From Sedimentisphaerales bacterium (GTDB lineage: Bacteria; Planctomycetota; Phycisphaerae; Sedimentisphaerales; SM23-30): a DNA stretch of 64,000 bases. Positions within the stretch are counted from its first letter, which is position 1, and each line of letters opens with the position of its first letter. The notes under the pieces were generated by a model. It saw only the letters and a program-made list of their open reading frames with translations. It ran no database searches and was not told where the DNA came from. The stretch lies in the NCBI GenBank assembly GCA_963666285.1, contig OY762711.1; one strand, written 5' to 3'. Below, in pieces: positions 60,539-64,000 of this stretch. The position numbers and the translations under genes were made by a program.

Positions 60539-61203
60539 TAGTAATTTTCTCTTTCTCCGGATTATCTCCGGATCTTTCGGTTTGTGCTTCCCGGTTCTTT
60601 TCCGATTAAAGCATGTACATTTACATTATTCCTCAGGCCATAAAGAAAAACAACTATAAATGCCTCCCGATTGCCGCAGTATATCATACCCTGTTACTAT
60701 AGTGAATATTATCAAAATAGGTAATTTTGGCAAAGCAAAAAAGTGATAAAATAGCAAATACTAGGTAAAAAGATAATTCTTAACGATTGTAATGACTAGA
60801 TTCAATCTTGCATTTTATAATTGTCTGTATTTTTTGACCGGAAAATGTCACTATTTATGTGATTGTGGTCAATATTATGTCGAATATATACTATTATCAT
60901 TCAAAACGTTGTTTTTTATGTGTCGTTTTCACTTATAACGTTCATAAAATATTACAATATATATAATTGCAACGATCATAAAAGGAACCAACATGTGCGT
61001 CAGCTTTTGAAAGGTAGCGTTAGCGACACCTTCTTTACAATTTTTATTTTACACTTTACACTTTCTTAGGTGCGGCTTGTCCGCCCTGAGATCATCTCCT
61101 GTATTGTTTATTGTTGTAAATGGCTGATAAGTATGTATGATTGACATAAGCTGTTTCAGATAAATATTTTAATATAGGTCTGAAGGAATGGAATTATTGC
61201 GAA

Positions 61204-63543
61204 ATGAATAGAATTAAGTATCTTTTTATAATATCTGTGCTCTGTAGTTTCTTTTTTATTTTCAGCTGCAAAGACAAATCCTCTGCGGTCGATACTCAGG
61301 GTAGTTCTGATGCTGAAACCGCCGCTGCTGTTCAGCAGGAATGGCATTTTACCGGCTCTGAAAGCTGCAAGGAATGTCATCATAAATTCCACGAGCTTTG
61401 GGCCACCTCACGCCACGGCAATTCATTTAATATCGTAACTGACGAATTTGCAAAGGCTAACCTGCCGCCTCATGATGATTTTATCGAAATTGAAGGTGCA
61501 AAATATAGAGCTGATGTAGAAAACAAAATTATTATCGAAGAAACCGACCAGGGCACCAATACCTATCCGATGAAATATGCCGTCGGCGGCAAAAATGTAT
61601 TTTACCTTATTACCGAACTCGAAGGCGGCAAGATGCAGACTCTGCCTTTGGCATATGACCTGTTACTCAAGCGATGGTATGATATGGCCAAAAGCGGTGT
61701 CAGGCATTCTCATGAGTTTGACGATGCTCCTTATCACTGGAAGGATTACCCATATACCTTTAATTCAAGGTGTTACGGTTGTCATGTGAGCCAGTATTCA
61801 CAGAATTACGACTTTGAGAATGATTCATACAGCACAACCTGGAAAGAGCCGGGCATTAACTGCGAATCTTGTCATGGACCGGCCAGTGAGCACAACAGGG
61901 TATGCAGGGAGGCAATGAAGAATGACAAACAGCCTGAAGACTTAAAGATGATTATGGTGGTACAGTCCCATGGCTCTACCCCGGAACAGGTTGACTCTGC
62001 CTGCTCCAGCTGTCATACCAAGGGCGGCGCTATCACACCTAGCTATATTCCCGGCGAGGCCTACTACGATCATTATGACCTCGCAACTTATGAAAATATT
62101 GACTATTACCCTGATGGTCGCGACCTCGGCGAAAATTATACCTTCACTTCATGGAGCCTCAGCCCTTGTGCCCGAAACAGTAAACTCGACTGTATGTACT
62201 GCCACACTTCCAGCGGACGCTACCGCTTCCATGAAGATGCTAAGGCTAACGATGCCTGTGTCGAGTGCCATAAGGGCAAAGTTGACAATATAGTTAAGCA
62301 TAGCCGCCACAAGGAAGGTGCCACCAAATGTATTCAATGTCATATGCCTATGACTCGTTTTGGTAATATGATGAGAAGCGACCATTCCATGCGGCCGCCT
62401 ATGCCAAGTGCCACTATTCGTTATAAGTCGCCCAATGCCTGTAACATATGTCATAAGGATAAAAGTCCGGAATGGGCCGACAAAAAGGTCAGACGCTGGC
62501 ATAAAGAAGATTACCAGCAAGCTACCCTGGAAATTGCTGACCTCATCCAGCAGGCACGCCATGGCAAATGGGAAAATCTGCCGAAAATGCTGGAATATAT
62601 CAAGGAACCCGCTAACAGCGAAATATTTTCCAACTCGCTTGTAAGGCTATTGGAAAATTGTAGCGATGATAGAAAATGGCCGGTCCTGATTGATATTCTT
62701 AACAAGGATAAATCGCCGCTTGTTCGTTCCAGCGCTGCTTATGCTCTAAACACATATCTTACCGAGCAGTCGTTATTAGAGTTATTTAAGGCTTCTCGCG
62801 ATAAATTCCGGATTGTACGTGTTAAGGCCGGTATTACGCTTTCGCAGGTTCCTGACCAGTATATTCCTGATGAATATAAAGAATCTGTCAAGAAGGCTGT
62901 TGATGAATATCTCGTTTCGCTGGATGCCAGGCAGGATGATGGTACTTCCCATTACAACAAAGGTAATTACTATATGGGGATCGGCCAGTATCAGAAAGCA
63001 ATTGAGTGCTTTGAAAATTCTTCTCGATTGCAGTATGACTTTATCCCGCCGCTGGTGAATGTTGCCATGGCATATAATGCTCTTGACCAAAACGAAAAAG
63101 CCCTGGAGTCTCTGCAAAAAGCGATTAAACTTGATCCGAAAAATAGTGCCGCTCATTATAATTCAGCATTGCTGCTGGCCGAAGTGAATCAGCTTGATAA
63201 AGCAGAAGATGAGTTTCGTGAAGTACTTAAGCTGCAGCCCACAAATACCGGTGCTTTATATAACCTGGGGATTCTGGTGGCTGATAAATCTCCTGAAGCT
63301 TCGCTGGAATACTGCAAAAAAGCATATGAAATTGAACCTGCTGATATTAAACATGGGTATACCTATGCTTTCTATCTGGATAAATCCGGACAGGCTGATG
63401 CTGCGATAGCTATTCTGGAAAAGATGGTTGACAATAATGTATATGATCAGAATACTGTTAAGTTAATGGTTGATATATATAACAGGGCCAATCAGACAGA
63501 AAAGATAAACCGGCTTATGAACAAAATCCGCAACAATAATTAA
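61204..63543 (+). CDS. Multiheme c-type cytochrome lipoprotein with HEAT and TPR repeats
   Basis: Lipobox IFSC; eight CxxCH motifs (CKECH, CYGCH, CESCH, CSSCH, CMYCH, CVECH, CIQCH, CNICH); C-terminal TPRs. Confidence 0.9.
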   Translation: MNRIKYLFIISVLCSFFFIFSCKDKSSAVDTQGSSDAETAAAVQQEWHFTGSESCKECHHKFHELWATSRHGNSFNIVTDEFAKANLPPHDDFIEIEGAKYRADVENKIIIEETDQGTNTYPMKYAVGGKNVFYLITELEGGKMQTLPLAYDLLLKRWYDMAKSGVRHSHEFDDAPYHWKDYPYTFNSRCYGCHVSQYSQNYDFENDSYSTTWKEPGINCESCHGPASEHNRVCREAMKNDKQPEDLKMIMVVQSHGSTPEQVDSACSSCHTKGGAITPSYIPGEAYYDHYDLATYENIDYYPDGRDLGENYTFTSWSLSPCARNSKLDCMYCHTSSGRYRFHEDAKANDACVECHKGKVDNIVKHSRHKEGATKCIQCHMPMTRFGNMMRSDHSMRPPMPSATIRYKSPNACNICHKDKSPEWADKKVRRWHKEDYQQATLEIADLIQQARHGKWENLPKMLEYIKEPANSEIFSNSLVRLLENCSDDRKWPVLIDILNKDKSPLVRSSAAYALNTYLTEQSLLELFKASRDKFRIVRVKAGITLSQVPDQYIPDEYKESVKKAVDEYLVSLDARQDDGTSHYNKGNYYMGIGQYQKAIECFENSSRLQYDFIPPLVNVAMAYNALDQNEKALESLQKAIKLDPKNSAAHYNSALLLAEVNQLDKAEDEFREVLKLQPTNTGALYNLGILVADKSPEASLEYCKKAYEIEPADIKHGYTYAFYLDKSGQADAAIAILEKMVDNNVYDQNTVKLMVDIYNRANQTEKINRLMNKIRNNN

Positions 63544-63573
63544 CTCAAGGTTAATGTATTTGGGTGTAATACT

Positions 63574-64000
63574 ATGTCAATTAAAAGCTCAATAATGGAA
63601 TACGTTCGGCAGGGTGCTGATTCTTTAGATCCTGCACTGCGTCAGAAAGTTAGAGATTTTACTGTCAGCCAGATTACCCGCGAGGCTGGTTTTGCCGATC
63701 GCGATGGTAATGTTGATTTGTATTATACGGTTTTCGGGCTCCAGCTGCTGGATGCTTTCAATGTGGAGATTCCATATGAGCGAGTTGCCGGATTTTTACA
63801 AAGATTTTACCCTTATATCGAGGAAATGGATTTATTGGAAGTGGCCTCCCTTGGACGATGTGCAGGGTGTCTGCCTCTGGAATTCAAGCATAGTGTTATA
63901 AGTGACCGTATTGCTGAACGGATAGCTGCTTTTGTCTCTCAGGACGGCGGATACGGCATGGCCGAAGGTGATGAAAAGGGCAGTATTTATGCTGCGTTTC
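63574..64000 (+). CDS. Prenyltransferase/squalene-cyclase-repeat-like protein, 5' part (runs off the window)
   Basis: Open frame MSIKSSIMEY...AGFADRDGNVDLYYTVFGL...SQDGGYG...SIYAAF. Confidence 0.65.
   Translation, partial: MSIKSSIMEYVRQGADSLDPALRQKVRDFTVSQITREAGFADRDGNVDLYYTVFGLQLLDAFNVEIPYERVAGFLQRFYPYIEEMDLLEVASLGRCAGCLPLEFKHSVISDRIAERIAAFVSQDGGYGMAEGDEKGSIYAAF

Overview
Bacterial chromosomal window. PEP-CTERM genes, dockerin-like C-termini, DUF1080/Gfo-Idh-MocA and XylR-type genes and DPN-rich secreted proteins suggest a Planctomycetota host, probably Phycisphaerae/Sedimentisphaerales-like (inference). 1-16 kb is mostly housekeeping (lysC, manC, yqgF, tatC, folP, yjbQ, yidD, rnpA, smpB, lemA, zwf), with an AT-rich PotD-like + hybrid sensor pair whose kinase has lost both phospho-accepting histidines. 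16-38 kb holds an HtrA + PDZ pair, an AT-rich islet with a stand-alone OLD-type ATPase/TOPRIM nuclease, sugar catabolism genes, glyA and a C10 peptidase. 38-50 kb is a surface-protein locus: a DUF11/beta-helix protein, a five-copy mosaic PEP-CTERM array (789-bp exact internal repeat, hypervariable blocks, a G9 tract) and a 1.7-kaa protease-Ig-repeat protein ending in an HFS motif. 50-64 kb holds orphan genes separated by REP-like and mini-hairpin elements, panE with an insertion, and an 8-heme cytochrome-TPR protein. The best candidate for a new system is the recombining PEP-CTERM cassette array. No rRNA, tRNA, CRISPR, transposase, integrase or reverse transcriptase was recognised. All calls come from reading motifs by eye; no database searches were run.
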